Of a stretch of 64,000 nt of DNA, positions 34,550-47,584 are shown in pieces. The DNA is taken from NCBI GenBank assembly GCA_029953675.1, contig JAMWBK010000006.1, positions 1,364,001-1,428,000 on the forward strand. Direction: 5' to 3'. The notes under the pieces are model-generated. The model worked only from the letters and a program-made list of their open reading frames with translations, did no database searches and was not told the origin of the DNA. A program made the translations under genes and the position numbers. Origin of the DNA: Rhodosorus marinus CCMP1338. Lineage: Eukaryota; Plantae; Rhodophyta. The first letter of the stretch is position 1, and the number at the start of each line of letters is the position of its first letter.

Positions 34550-37500
34550 GATGAACAATTTAGCTCACGCGAAGGAGAATTCAAGATATACCATCTACTC
34601 ACACACGAAATTGGGTGTAGTAGATGCCATGCGAGACTGTGAGAGTCGTCGGTAGGAAACAACGCTCCTGAGGATAAACGGTTCTGTGTTTCGTGTCAGA
34701 TTTCTGTTTCCGATAGTGGAAAAGCTCCTCCCGAACTGTTTTTTGAGTCCTCTAAAGAACTTAACAGGCTCGATTCAAGCAGTTCAGAATCGAATCAGTA
34801 CTAAATCGCTGGAAGTGGTCTCTAACGAAGACTCCCTTCAGCAGGCAATTGAGCGCGTAGACCCGCTCCGTTCTGACCGCTTGGAGACAGGGGAGGAAGA
34901 ATCTCGCATGCCTTCATTACAATTTTTCTGGCTTTCGTTCAGAGAGGAGACCTTCAATTTCTCTTCCTCCTCTCGTTTACCAAGCTTTTGTGTCATAGCG
35001 GCCCTCGAAATCCCAGCGTTCACCTCCATGGCCGGGTCAATCGACAAGGCAACTCCTTTATTTCAAAAGTCATCATATAATGGATTCCTCATCATTCCAA
35101 ACGAGAATCTTTTGGGCATTCTGCTCCTGGCGACTTAAGTACGCCTTCTTCAGGGCCAAAGCAAGGAATCTGTCTGTCTCCTCGATACGTTAGTCTAGGG
35201 ATGTCTAAACTCGAACTAGTGAGCGGTTCTCCAGCTCCTCAAAAGGTTTCGTCGTTTCGTTCTCAGCGTCATGAAACCTTCTAGCCCGCAAGCGGTGGAA
35301 GTGCGTCTTGTCTCGAGTCGGCTGTAGATGCAACGATTGAAAGTTGTGATGGCGGCATTTTTGTTCCAGGATGAGCTTGGACAGCGTCCCGACTGGCAAC
35401 GCCAGAGCGGATGACAGATCATCTGTCAAGTGCACCCCAGCGATAGCAGACGCAGAGCGGGTGTCGAAATTTCACAAGGTGTAGGCCGTAAGCAGGGCAG
35501 GCTAGACTGCTCGGTACCTTGTAGCGTCAGCGTCGCTGAGGTACAATTGAGCAGCGCTTTCCTCCGCTCAATGTAAGGTCCACTCATGAACTTTTGAACT
35601 TTCATCACAGATGCGAAAAGTTTTGCTACGAAAACGGTACCTCTTGGAACCAGGCGCATAGCCCAGTCACAGCACGGTCTTGAGTCCTCACTCGCGGATG
35701 ACGAACCTACAAGAGGAGCGCAATGTTGCATACCCCGCAACGGGAACTGGGTAATTTCGGCGCTGCGATGCAAGCCCTCACCGTTAAGGACGAAGGAAAT
35801 CACTTTCCTTCACACGTTTGCTCCTTGAAACTTGGGAAGATTCCGCTGACATTGACGCGCATGTTGCCACCAGACATCCGGCCAGCGGAACGGCTCAGAA
35901 AATGCTACGAGGTGACACTGGAGAATCTAGCCATGTCAGAATGCAACCACTAGACGGGAAGCCCCGGCTAGGTCATCTGGATCACGCTGTTTTCCTGAGA
36001 GCCATGGAATAGCTGAGAAAGCCAATGACAAGAATGTCAACCACGTAGACTACGTTGATGGCTCCATGACGGGTGAACACGCGGGAGCCTTTCTTCAGGT
36101 ATTCCATTTACTCTCTGGAGAGTAAGGAGCAGCATGATCCCAATCAGTCCTAGTTCAACTAGCAGTTGTTGTTTTTCTTCACGACGAAAAGGAGAAAGAA
36201 AAAAGTTCATTATCACTTCCAAGTCGTCCTTCGCGGAGCCTCGGTAAATCGCAACGATTCGCGAACGCCGTTTGCAACCAGGTTTAAAGAAATCGAACTT
36301 ATAACTATTGAATTAATAATATATATGGGCGTCGATTTGACATATCAACTTCTTACCTTTGATCCTTTCTGCGTTGGGCATGTTGTATATAAAATATAGA
36401 AATATTTTCAAGCATGCGTACTATTCGTTTTCTTTTTTGCGCAATGTTGTCAACTGGTTCTGAAGTGACGGAGTGGATTACAATTGTACTATTGCCCGGG
36501 ATAGTTGAGCCCTTTAGGAACTTAACCTCAGCAATTTATCTAGTTTTACTCAGTTTTGATCCAACAAATGACTAGCGCACTAGACACAGGAGGAACCAAC
36601 CCGCACGCGCGAGGAACTTGCGCGGTGGTCTGAAGCGATGGCATGCTGTTGATGCTGCTCAACGGCTTGTTCTATAGTCCGCAGGGGGATCTTTATCTAG
36701 TTTCGTTGTGAGTAAACACAAAGCGTACCTGTGGACGAAGAAGTTCCTGCGGGTTTTACCAGCCGAAGTTACTCTGGGCGAAAACACTGTTCAAATATTA
36801 AACAGAGTATCGAGCGCCCTAAACTAGCGTAGTTAATCCCCTCCGAATCTAGTGGACTAGTTGCAAAGGTCACCACAGGCGCGTAAGCCACAGCCAGAAA
36901 AATATTGATTTCGTCGGATCCCGCCACCTTGCATCTAAAACCGTACCTTTGACCATCCCAAACCTCTTCACCATCAAATGCCGAGAAAACTATACGCCAT
37001 GGAACTCAAATTTGGTCGTACGTTGGCCAAGGCTCGCGTCGCCGGCTTGCATTGGCTTCCATGCTCCGTGCGACTTAGTCCCTTCAGTGTTCAAGGGCAC
37101 CGTACAGCTTTTCGGCTTCACTAGTAAAACAGCACTGATTTCAGCTACGAACTTGGAACAACACATCCATCGCTCTCAATGGATTGTACGGTTGTACGCA
37201 CTCCACTGAGTTGCACAACTTCCAAATCGTCTTCCCAGCGGCATGGAAACCAGAAATCTCAATCTAGTCCTACGGATCCTTGAAGAAAAGGCTCAGCAGG
37301 CCAGATAGCGATCCCGTGGGATGCTTCCCAACTCAACGGACGATTCCAAGCCCATTGTTCGACACAGGCTGGACACGTGTGAGGCGGAAGAGAAATGAAA
37401 GGTCTTCTCTTTGGACCAAGCAGCCAGAACGGAGCGGGTCGAACGCGCTCAATTTGCGCTTTGGACCTCTTTCAGCGGTTTTTAGCACTGATGCAGTTCC

Positions 37501-38123
37501 GACCAATTCAAATTGGCCCTATTCAGTTCCTTGGAGGACTCAAAGGCAGTTCGAGGAGAGCATTGTCCACTATCGGAAACGGATCTCTCGTATTAACAAC
37601 ACCGATAGAAGATCCGTCAGATTATACTACTCTCAGCTACAGACGCTAGCGTTAAAAATCAAACATGGGGAGGGGGCGGGGGTGGAGCGACTCCTCAACG
37701 GGAACCAATGCGACTTCTTCAGTCCCCTATGTGTCGACCGCTTCACTTCTACGAAATCCGTTGAGAAAGAGAACAACAGAAGCAGCTCGGAGCTGACAGG
37801 TTGATTTCTTCAGCTGCCGGTCCATTCCGGACGCTCACATTGATAATTGCAGTCTCTTTGGCGGGGTATGTGCTCGACTTGGACTCGGATACCAATGCAA
37901 ACACGCTCAAGACTCTGAATCCTCTGGTAGATCAGCAACCCCAACTGCAGTCGAGGATTTCTGATCTCCCTGCAAAAATCTTCGAGCAGAGAAACGCATT
38001 GCTGTCGACGTTTTAGAACAAGGAGGGAGCCTACTCAGCACGTACAAACCAAATAGGAGGAGCGAGTTTGCACAGGCAACGCTGCCCGAGAGTCTTCTGG
38101 TATTGTAGTTGTTGTGAGAAGCG

Positions 38124-39293
38124 ATGCTTGCGTTTGTGGGAGGTCTAGGAACGGTTCGGTTACATAGTCGTAGGCTAAGCACGGTGGCAGCGATGGATCC
38201 TACGAAACCGCCCCACAAATCGGCCCTGGATGATATGACCACGAAGGGGGCTTTCGCGAGAAAGGCTTCGGTTTTCAGGTCCTGGGTGAGCAAGGGCGGT
38301 GAGTTTGAGCCTGAAGGAGGCAGATACCATCTCTACGTTGGGTACGCGTGCCCGTGGGCGCATAGAACCATAATCACCCGGCAGCTCAAGGGTCTGACAG
38401 ATGCGATTGGGATTACCTTCGTTGACTACTTTATGGGTGACATGGGATGGGAGTTCAAGCCGGAGCCAGAGCCCAACTACGGACTGAATAAGATTCGAGA
38501 GCTTTATTTTAAGGCCCGAGAAGACTACGACGGTCGTTTCACGATTCCAGTGTTGTGGGATAAAAAGACGGAAACGATTGTCAACAATGAATCTTCGGAG
38601 ATTATTATAATGCTAAACAACGAGTTCAATGATTTCGCGAAGAACCCTGAGCGGGATTTCCTGCCAGAATCCAAGCGTGGTGAGTACCTCCACAAGGTTT
38701 CATCTGGTAATTGTCATGGTACTCATCCCCGCACTCACCGAATGTCACAGACGCAATTCTGGAAGTCGCCCAGAGCTTCTACGAGCCGGTTAACAACGGA
38801 GTCTACAAATGCGGGTTTGCCAGGACCCAGGAGGCTTACGAGCAGGCCTTTGTTCCCCTTTTTGAGAAACTAGATGACCTTGAGGAAGTCCTTGGCAAAA
38901 CGGTAAGCGTGTATCCGTGTATATTGGCTCTGGAAGACCTGAAGAGGGAGCCCCACTCAAAGACATGTTTACCCTTGCAACGACTCGCAGCGGTACTTGA
39001 CAGGAAGCGAGATGACGCTAGCAGATATTCGCCTGTTCACAACTCTGGTGCGCTTTGATGCAGTCTATCTTACGCATTTCAAATGCAACAAGAAGAGGAT
39101 CATAGACTATCCAAATCTGTTTGGATTTGTTTGCGACATGTATCAGACGCCGGGAGTGAAGGATACTGTGAACATGGAGCATATCAAGAAGCACTACTTC
39201 ATGTCGCATGTGTCAATCAATCCCTTCGCGATTGTCCCTCTTGGTCCTGACGTAAACTTTGAGGTGGAGCATGATCGTGCCACACGTTTCTAG
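38124..39293 (+). CDS. Glutathionyl-hydroquinone reductase (GST omega/Xi class, Ecm4/YqjG-like), probably plastid-targeted; 3 exons
   Basis: GRYHLYVGYACPWAHRT active site, FTIPVLWDKKTETIVNNESSEII, NNGVYKCGFA, TLADIRLFTTLVRFDAVY..HFKCN and HIKKHY. Introns 38680-38750 and 38903-38990 restore the frame. N-terminus is MLAFVGG. Confidence 0.95.
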
Positions 39294-39511
39294 TTCAGAA
39301 TCCTTTGAAACACAGCTTTTATATTCAGAAATCTGTTTGCCGAGCGGAGGTCAGAAGAGATTAAATCCCTCCCTCCTAATCAACACACAACCTTTCTTGC
39401 CTGTCGAGAACTTGCAGTACAAGCTCGCTAAATAATCAACAACAAATCTTACATGTACAAACAAAGTGATGCCTTCCGGAAAACAAGTGTCACCGTGGTC
39501 AACCGTATGTG

Positions 39512-42500
39512 CTAGTCGGTAATCTCACCGTCCTCCGTTTCTCCCTCTTCAGAATCAGCTTCCTCGGAACGATTTTCGCCCTCATTCCAGTCGTCGTCGT
39601 CCTACATGAATCGATACGCAAGAAGAAATCAGTACGAGAAAACGCTTAAAAGGCAGAACAACCTCTTCCTCCCAAAACGATCTTGTCCCACCTCGTTCTT
39701 GTCATCATCTTCAGGCGGATCGTCAGTTTCCGCATCTTTCTTTCCATCTTTGTCGACATCGGGCGCAGAACTTTCTTCAGCTCCCCTCCTTGTATCGTCA
39801 GTCCTACCCTCTACTTTTTCGCTTGCCCCGTGCTCATCCTCCCCAACAGCGTCCTTCGACTCCGCGTCGTCCTTCGACTCAGTGTCCCCTTTCGACTCAG
39901 CATCTTCTTTCGATCCCTCATCCTCGTCAATTGCGTCGTTAGCCTCTTGCTCGCCTTCAACCTTATCCTTGCCTACGTCTTCATATGAAGGTGGTTGCTC
40001 CTCATCTTCTTTTTCTTCTGCTTCCTTCAATTTTTGGCCACCGCCAACTTCTGTTTCCTTCCCCTGCTTCGCCTGCGGTGGAGAGCTGCTTGCGACGGAT
40101 TTCTCAGGCGTCGGAACTTGCTCCTCCTCATCAACCATCCCTGTACGCGATTTGGATTCATTGTTGCTTTCTCCGTCATCGTCGATGGAAGGTTCGTCTT
40201 TGCTCTTAACTTCCTCTTTTGCAGCGTCATCCTCCTGACCATCTTCTTCACTTGCTTCCTCATCACCAACATCGGATTCAACAACTGGCTTTCGTCCCCG
40301 CTTCTCGCGCCGGGCTTCTCTTGGGCTGGTTACCGGTTCCCGTCTTCTTTTTCGGTCCGACAATTTGCGAATGTCCATCATGTCCTCGTCATCATCTTCC
40401 TCGTCCTCGTCTTCTCCTTGTTGATACTCTTCCTCCTCCTCCTCCTCATACCTGTCCTCGTCCTCATCCTCTTCCTCTTCCTCGTCCTCGCCCTCGCCCT
40501 CTTCCTCTTCTTCCTCCTCATCCTCACCTTCCTCCTCTTCGCTTTGGTCCTCAGCTTCTTTCTTCTTCCTGTATTTGGCAGTATCCGCCACATCGTGTGC
40601 AGCAATCTTCTGTTCTTCGGCTGCTTGGGTTTCAATCTCAGCCGCTTGCTCCGGGACATTCTTGCCCGGATCACCTTCCTGCGTGGCGCTTTCAAGCGGA
40701 ATACTCTCCTTGGTCGAGTCGGCTCCCTCCTTTTCCGTTTTTTCAGCCGGGCCTTCGGTGGCTTCTGCATCCATCGTTACGCCATCCCCTTCAACCTCCT
40801 TGCTTTTGGCGACTTCCACTGAGTCGGTGTTCGGTTGTTCCTCATCTCCTTCTGATGAGTCCACAGCGTCATTTGGAGGAGCCTGCTCTTCGGCAGCTGC
40901 TTCTTCGTCTTGAGACTCGTCCTCCTGCACCTCAGCAGCACTATTTTTCTTTTCCTTCGTCGTCTCTGCCGTCTCCGCTGCCCCCGCACGTGGAGCCTCG
41001 GGAGTAACCTGCTCCGATTCTTCTGACTTTCCAGCCGCATTCTCCTCGTCCTTTGCTTCTGATGCGATGCTCCGTTTCGCTTCCACGTGAGCCTTTTCAG
41101 ATTTCCCAGAATCATCGCTTGGTTCCGCTTCGTCGGATTCGACCGCCCTCGTTTCACTCGCCTTCACCTCAGCTTCTGCAGTCTTCTTGGTATCTTCCAA
41201 TCCTTCGGGTTTCGCTTCTTTCTGTTTCTTCGTCACCTCTTTAGGATCATGTTCGGGCTCGTCATCCGCTGAGTCTCCTTCCTCATTCTCATCGTCTTCC
41301 TGCTCATCCTCATCATCCTCGGTCTCCATACCATCTTCCTCTCCATCTTCACCAGGCTTGAAGGACGTCTTCACAGGTCGAATCTTATCCACCTCTTCCT
41401 CTTCCTCTGCTTCGACTTTCTCCGCTTTCTCATCTTCCTCCTCCTTTGATGCGTCCATCGCTGCGATTTTTGCTGTTTCTGGCTCGTCCTCGGCCTCAGA
41501 TTCCTCGTCATCTTCTGAGTAATCTGTATCAACATCCATCGTTTTCGCCTGGTCGAGAGTTTCTCCTATGCTCGGAAGCTTCGTCCCCGTTTTGCCAAGA
41601 TCCGCTAGCGGCCGTAGTTGCTTCGCTGGCTCTTCAACTTCATTTCTGTGTCCCACGAGCGACCTCAACGGCTTCAACTGAGCGCTGGCTCCTATCGCCT
41701 CTCCGATTCTCGGCAAGGATACTTTGTCTCCAGCTAAAGCTGCTAGACTATCTCGCTCCTTCATGGGCTCAAGACCTTGAGAATTTTCAAGCGCTACTGC
41801 TTTCTTTTCTTCGTCTTTAGCGAGGTCCGTTTCTTCATCGTTCGGCTCTGCTGAATCCTCGTCACCTTCTGATTCGGTTACCGCGTCTTCACCTACGCCC
41901 TTAGTTTCACTCGCCGTGTCTTTCGCGTCGACAGCAGGAGTATCCTTTTCTTTGACGTCCTGACCTGCTCCATGGTCATCTTTCACTACACCAGAAGCAT
42001 GAGCTCCGAGGAGCTGCTTTTTCGGTTCAGGTCCTGTATCAACGTTACGACCTGTGACTGCGTCACCTGTGGTTTCACCTTCACCCCGAGATTCGACTTC
42101 TGCCAAGTTCCTGCCTCGCTTCTTGCTGCCCGCCTCATCTGCAGGGGACAATACCTTTGGAAGTTTGGCTGGAGCTGATCGGCCAACGGCTACCGACAAG
42201 GGTGGTAGAGTCGTCCCCAGCGCGGAGCCCGATGTTTCAACTCCTTCCGCAGGGGGGTTCTGAAGGAGTTTCAACCCTGACAAACCAGCGGACTTTGCAA
42301 GCTCATTTCCATGCTTCAGCCTCCTGTGAGCGGCTTCCAGTGCCCCGCTAGAGGCCGTATGAGGCTTCATCGCGGATGAGGACTTCGCATCTTCCTCAGC
42401 GGCGGTAGGGGCCGTACCAGCTTCTCTTACCTCAGCGACTCCTTCCTGTTTTCCGGTTTCCGCACCACCCCAGAAATTCGAAGGCGAAAGTACTGCATGG

Positions 42501-43951
42501 CCTGCCTGTGTATCGGTCAATAGGGGCGCGGGTGCACCCGCAGCTAGAGGAGATCCACGCGCAAGATTCGGTGGATTCGCTGTCGCGAGACTTTCGATAC
42601 CAGATCTACGCAGGGGTTGGAGTTCCACGTGACGGGCAGTGTCTGCAGGCTTTCCAGAATCCTGTCCCGCTAGCGCATGCTCAAGTTTCTGAAGACGCGC
42701 ACGGATTTGCGCATTTTCCGGGGCCGCATCGAGAGCTGTTCGGTAAGCTTCAATCGCATCCTTTGGCTGGTCACACGCTTCGTACAAAGTCCCCAGGTCA
42801 AACCATACCTCGCTCAGGTTCGGGTCGAGGAGGATTGCCCTCGTGTAGGCAGTCATGGCGTCCTTGTATTGAGCTCGGTTATAATATAGCACTCCAATGG
42901 AACACCAATAGGTCGGATTGCCCGGATCCCTATGCACGGCCTCTTGGTATGAATTGTAAGCTGGCAAAAATTGCTTTAGAGCTGCATAGACTCGGCCAAG
43001 CAAGTACCAGGACTGTCCATCGTTGGGATCAATTTCAGAGGCACGCTGCAACAACCTATACGCTTCCTCGTTGTCGTTTCTCATAAGTGAGAGCCAGCCA
43101 AGTCGTTGCAAAGTCTTTACGTGCCTGGGATTCTCCTGGAGAACCATCTTGTAAGTTTCCATCGCAAGATTTACGTCTCCCTTCAGCTCGTTCACGTGAC
43201 CAATCTGGAAGAGCGCATCCAGTCTTGTCAAAGGTGGTGATGGCGATTCCGCCTTGCTCACGTGGTTGAAATACTCAAGAGCTTTGTCATACTCCTTTCG
43301 TTCCTTGAAGATAATACCGATACAGAAGCAAACCTCATCCACTCTGTCGAAGTCAGGAGCGATTGCCAGCACTGCCAAGAGCGCTTCGAGCGCATAATCG
43401 AGGGACCCGTATCTATCGTACAGAAGCCCAATCCCGTACCACAGGTTGGGGTCTCGGGGATTCGAAAGCAAATTTAACGCATTCTTGTACGCTTCATACG
43501 CGTTATCAAGTTCATGAGTCATGACATAGCAATGTGCTAACACCCCCCACGCCTCTCCATATTTTGGATCTGCCTGTATGGCCTGAGTTAAGTATGGCGC
43601 GGCTCTAGCGTACTGCTCTCGCTTTACGAGCAGAGCACCTGCTTGCGTCATCGCAACAACGTTGCTCGGACTGTACCCAAGAACCGTCTCGTAGGCCTCC
43701 AGCGCCCCATCCTTATCGTCCAACGCCAACCTGAGCGCCCCTATTCTCATCCAGATATTCTCTTTGCTGGAAGTGAGACGCTCTTGTAAATTCCGGGGGA
43801 TCTGGAGCAAAGAACTTTCCATCGATCCCCTATTTCCCCCCTGACGTCCATTTTGCCGCAACACGCCGTTTCCAAGCAATAAATCGCCCTCCCGGGGACG
43901 CACGCGTTCATCCATTGTAAAGCGGCTTGCAGTAGAGCGGGCCATCACCAT
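39512..43951 (-). CDS. Cyc8/Ssn6-like TPR corepressor with a very long acidic, disordered C-terminus; 2 exons
   Basis: About 10 consecutive TPRs with Ssn6/UTX-type wording (RDPNLWYGIGLLYDRYG, DGQSWYLLGRVY, NPTYWCSIGVLYY, SEVWFDLGTLYEACDQPKDAIEAYRTA) and no JmjC domain. Terminal intron 39602-39691 gives a 29 aa last exon DDDDWNE...GEITD*. Confidence 0.88.
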
Positions 43952-44885
43952 AATAAGTCCCAAGATCCCTTGCTGATTACAAAACAACCGTTAGCCAAAA
44001 AATGGGGCGCTCCACAAACATTCAAGCCCATTCGACGAATCCATACTTCTTCCAACGAAGCCAAACAGCGCAAACAAAGGCCCCCCCGTTCAAACTCCAC
44101 CCACCATCCCCCACCCCCCTCCCAAAAAAAAACCTCCTCAGCAAAAAAATCGACGGACAACAACAAACCACAAGAAGCGAGAACTCAAAGAAGATTCCAA
44201 GCAATACATGCACATACACACACACATTCTCTCTCTATCTCTATCTCCCTCTCCCAAATCTCTCTCCACCTTACCTCCACCTTCCTCCCCCAACTAAGTG
44301 CTTATCCTCCTTTTCAAAAAGCTGTTTTGCAAAAGACCCGAGGTTCTATCGAAATCCCCTCCCCCTCGTACAAAAAAAAATTAGCAAAACGCCCTCCCAA
44401 ACACACTGGTTAACCCCCTATCCCGCCTTTAACCCTTTTTTCCCCCTCCAAACTCGAAGGACACCCTTCCCCCCCTCCTTTCCCCACCCCTCAAAACCTC
44501 TTCAAAAACCAAACTTCACGTATCTCACCCAGTTCATGTTTTCCATTCAATTATGATCCTTAACGCTCAGATGTTCTGAAAAATAGTAAAATACTTCTTC
44601 CCTATGCAACATCAGCTTTCAATGATGGAAGAAAGACTCTCTGCCACTCTTTCTGTCTTTCCTCCAATTTTTCCGGTTCTCCCCATCCCGAAAATTTTCT
44701 TCACCCCTACTGCTTCAGGGTATCTACAAGAAAAAATTCGTTACCGCCCAAACGCGAATATTTACTGCGTGGCATTTTCTCCTTTTTTCGTGCTTTTTTG
44801 ATTTGCTGTGTCACGCACACATCAAAAGATGTGATCTTCAAGTAGTATTTTAAAAAGGCCATTAACACTCATAACACGTATCCTT

Positions 44886-44924
44886 CCCCCCTCCCGACCA
44901 CCCCACCCCAACCCACCCCGCCCC
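44886..44924 (-). promoter_or_regulatory. C-tract cluster (G-quadruplex-capable on the - strand) upstream of the Cyc8-like gene
   Basis: cccccctcccgaccaccccaccccaacccaccccgcccc. Confidence 0.35.
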
Positions 44925-45940
44925 TTGTGTCAAATTCTTTTTTGTCTAACTTTGCCGGTACTATTTTTTCTATCTCGAAACAATGCGGAACACATCCGCA
45001 GAGAGAGAAGGACGTTCATATTTCAGTAGTTTCTGCTGGGCCAACAACCAGCTTGGCTGCTGATACCCAACGGATATTCATTAAAACGTTATAGGGTTTA
45101 CCCCCTTCTAAAAGAAGCCGATGGAATTACTTTCCAACAGAATAGGGGTCGACGTTTTTCGTGTGGTATTTGTTTGTATAATAATATGGTTTATATGTAG
45201 AGTTTCTCGGTGGATTGGGGGTGGGCGGGCGGAATTTGAAAATCCCTCGAGCTCTCTTGCCTTGATTATATTACCCTCTCATTTTTTCATTGGGGGGGGG
45301 GGGTGTTATTTATGTGATGTTTCGGGCCAAAGATCGCCTTTTTTTTGTTGTCTCGTGTTGTCGTGCACCAATCGACTGCGACGGAAAGGGGGACGTCAAG
45401 GCTTATCAGAGCTTAGGATCGATTATCATTGAGTCTCCGGTTGCATCATGCATGTAATTACAACCTCCACAACCCCCGCACTCGCTTTGAAGATGATCAT
45501 AGCTCGGGTTGTTCATATTCATCGAGGTGAGAAGACGCGTACGTCTAGAGGAGCTTGAAGGTTGTCAAGACCACGATTTCGCACCCGACGGATTTTCAAC
45601 GGCAGAGTTCATCAAGTTAGCAGGAAGCCGCTGCTCTATAGTCGCGACTATGCCCCATTTTTGTTCTAGATGAGGAGTCACCGTAGGTCGGGGAATCTGT
45701 ACCCCTGAAGAAGCCATTCTCGTCCTGTTGCTCTTGTAAAATGAACAAGGGTTTTCTTGCGCCGGTACTATGCCGGAGGTCGCACGACGTGATTGTGCGG
45801 AATCTTGTATTGGACAGAACTTTTCTCGCTCGTTTTTACTCGAGATGGTGTGCACCTCTTTTAGTCTTCTGCGCTTTTAGAAAAACAGCAGAAAAAACCT
45901 GACTCTAGGATGAGGAGCCAGTTTCTTGTTTCGCGTCAGA

Positions 45941-46858
45941 TTAGGAGCACTCTGAGTTCAAACGAAGGATCAAAACTTCCATGCTCTTCTTCTCCAGCGA
46001 ATTTGACAGAATAGGGTCGTTGGTAATTGCCTCGTCTGTATTCCAGAATTGGATATGCAGCCTGTGATTTGAGCATACTTCCAAAAAGCGTTGACGAAGC
46101 CAGCTTGATCGGGCTACTAGCCCGCATGCAAAGAATGCCTCTGAGCCAGCTAGTTTCAGAAAATTTTCAACAACCTCGATTAAAGGGACGACTGACTCTG
46201 GCCACTGGACGACGTCAGCACCCAGGAGTACATCGGGAGGGCCGCCCAGGTGATGTATGCATGATTCTATGTCACTGGTCCTCTCTGGTAAGCCCCAGCG
46301 TAGCAGCCCGGCGTTGATCTGTAACAATGTTGTACGATTAAGCATCAGTTTTCCTAATCGCGCGGGGGGAAAAGATCTGGAAGTGCGACGCACGTTTCTA
46401 CCCTTCTCCAATCGAGCCTTGGCACAATTCTTTTCGAGCAATCTGAGGACGACATCGTTTCCATCAGTAACCAAGGTACGGGCGGCATACCGAGAGGCGA
46501 CTAATCCAGCCAACCTGGAGAGCGCATTTCGTTTCAATGACACTTCAGGGTTAATTCCATTGTCCGAGAGGGAAGCAGCGGCGAGCACCTATAACGTGAG
46601 CGAAAGCGGAGGCATAGTTTACCCTGCACCGGCTCCAAGCTCGAGGACCTTTCTGCCCTCGAGCTCTCGTCTTCGCTCCCAAACGAACATAGAAAGCAAG
46701 CGCGATACGGGCCAAAGTACCTGTCCGGTGAGATCGTGGTCGGTACAGGCCATTTGCCCAACCTCAATCTCCTCGACCTCATCGCCCACCGAAACCCTCT
46801 CCAAAGCCGTCTCCTCATTGAGAAAAAGCCCAGAATCGATAATTGCGCAATCCTCCAT
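45941..46858 (-). CDS. Class I SAM-dependent protein methyltransferase (METTL21/Efm-like, methyltransf_16 family); 3 exons
   Basis: DLTGQVLWPVSRLLS, VLELGAG-A-GLAGL (rebuilt across intron 46515-46622), VTDGND, LRWG and DVLLGADVV. A second, in-frame intron is likely at about 46321-46392. Confidence 0.88.
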
Positions 46859-46953
46859 ACCGAGGTCAAGCACTACACCAACGCATCGTGCAAGGACCCC
46901 ATTGTGCTCTACAAACAAACTGAAGGTAGCTGCTAGGCGATTCTCACGTACCC

Positions 46954-47584
46954 ATGGCGAAGGCTAGCGACCGAGTGTCTAAATTTCGAGGCCTCCTTCG
47001 AGTAAAATTGAGCCTATGTATACTCCCTGGACACAAATGTCGTGCTCACTTTTGCAGGTCGCCTCTTCCTGCATCTATCAGAATCTTGAAGCTCTTCTCG
47101 CTGAGCCAAAACAGCTTTGGATGACGTCCTCCGTGTGGGTCTGCAGGTTGAGGTTAAAAACCCCAGCTAAGTCCGCAAACATCATCGAGCAGAGGTGCAC
47201 TTCGGTTCTACGAGACTGTAGTTGCACATTGGATTCTGCTGCAATTCTGTCTTGTTCATGCAAATCAGCCCACCTGGCTTGAAGCTTTTTGTTGGACTCC
47301 AAGTGGACGAGAGGTGTTGACGCGTTGCACCGTGATGTCACCATGAGCACTTGACGAAAGAACCTGAACTTGCAGGAGCCACTAGCTGCACGCGAGAGGA
47401 TCTTGCTGAAAAACTCTGTGTTGCTACTAAAACAGCAGCCCAAGCCCTTGAACGAATTGTCGAAACGAGAAAAGTAAAAGAGCATCAGCTCCGAGGCTTC
47501 CAGTTAATCCGTTGTCAGCAGTCGCCCGAGCCGACTAACCTTCAATTTTGGGCGCCGCTAGCTGCCCCACTGGGACTTCGCTAG
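46954..47584 (+). CDS. Candidate small spliced gene divergent from the methyltransferase; product unknown
   Basis: ATG at 46954, 16 codons, GT at 47002, branch-like CTCAC and TTTGCAG at 47057 give MAKASDRVSKFRGLLR-VASSCIYQNLEALLAEPKQLW. Downstream exons are unresolved. Confidence 0.25.

Noticed and set aside
39606-43477. Many long + strand ORFs (up to 275 aa) overlapping the Cyc8-like gene
   Set aside because: Antisense/shadow frames produced by the GAA/GAG/GAT-rich acidic coding strand (Ser/Phe/Leu-rich, no domains)
45565-45855. 96 aa - strand ORF downstream of the methyltransferase
   Set aside because: No recognisable domain or supporting context
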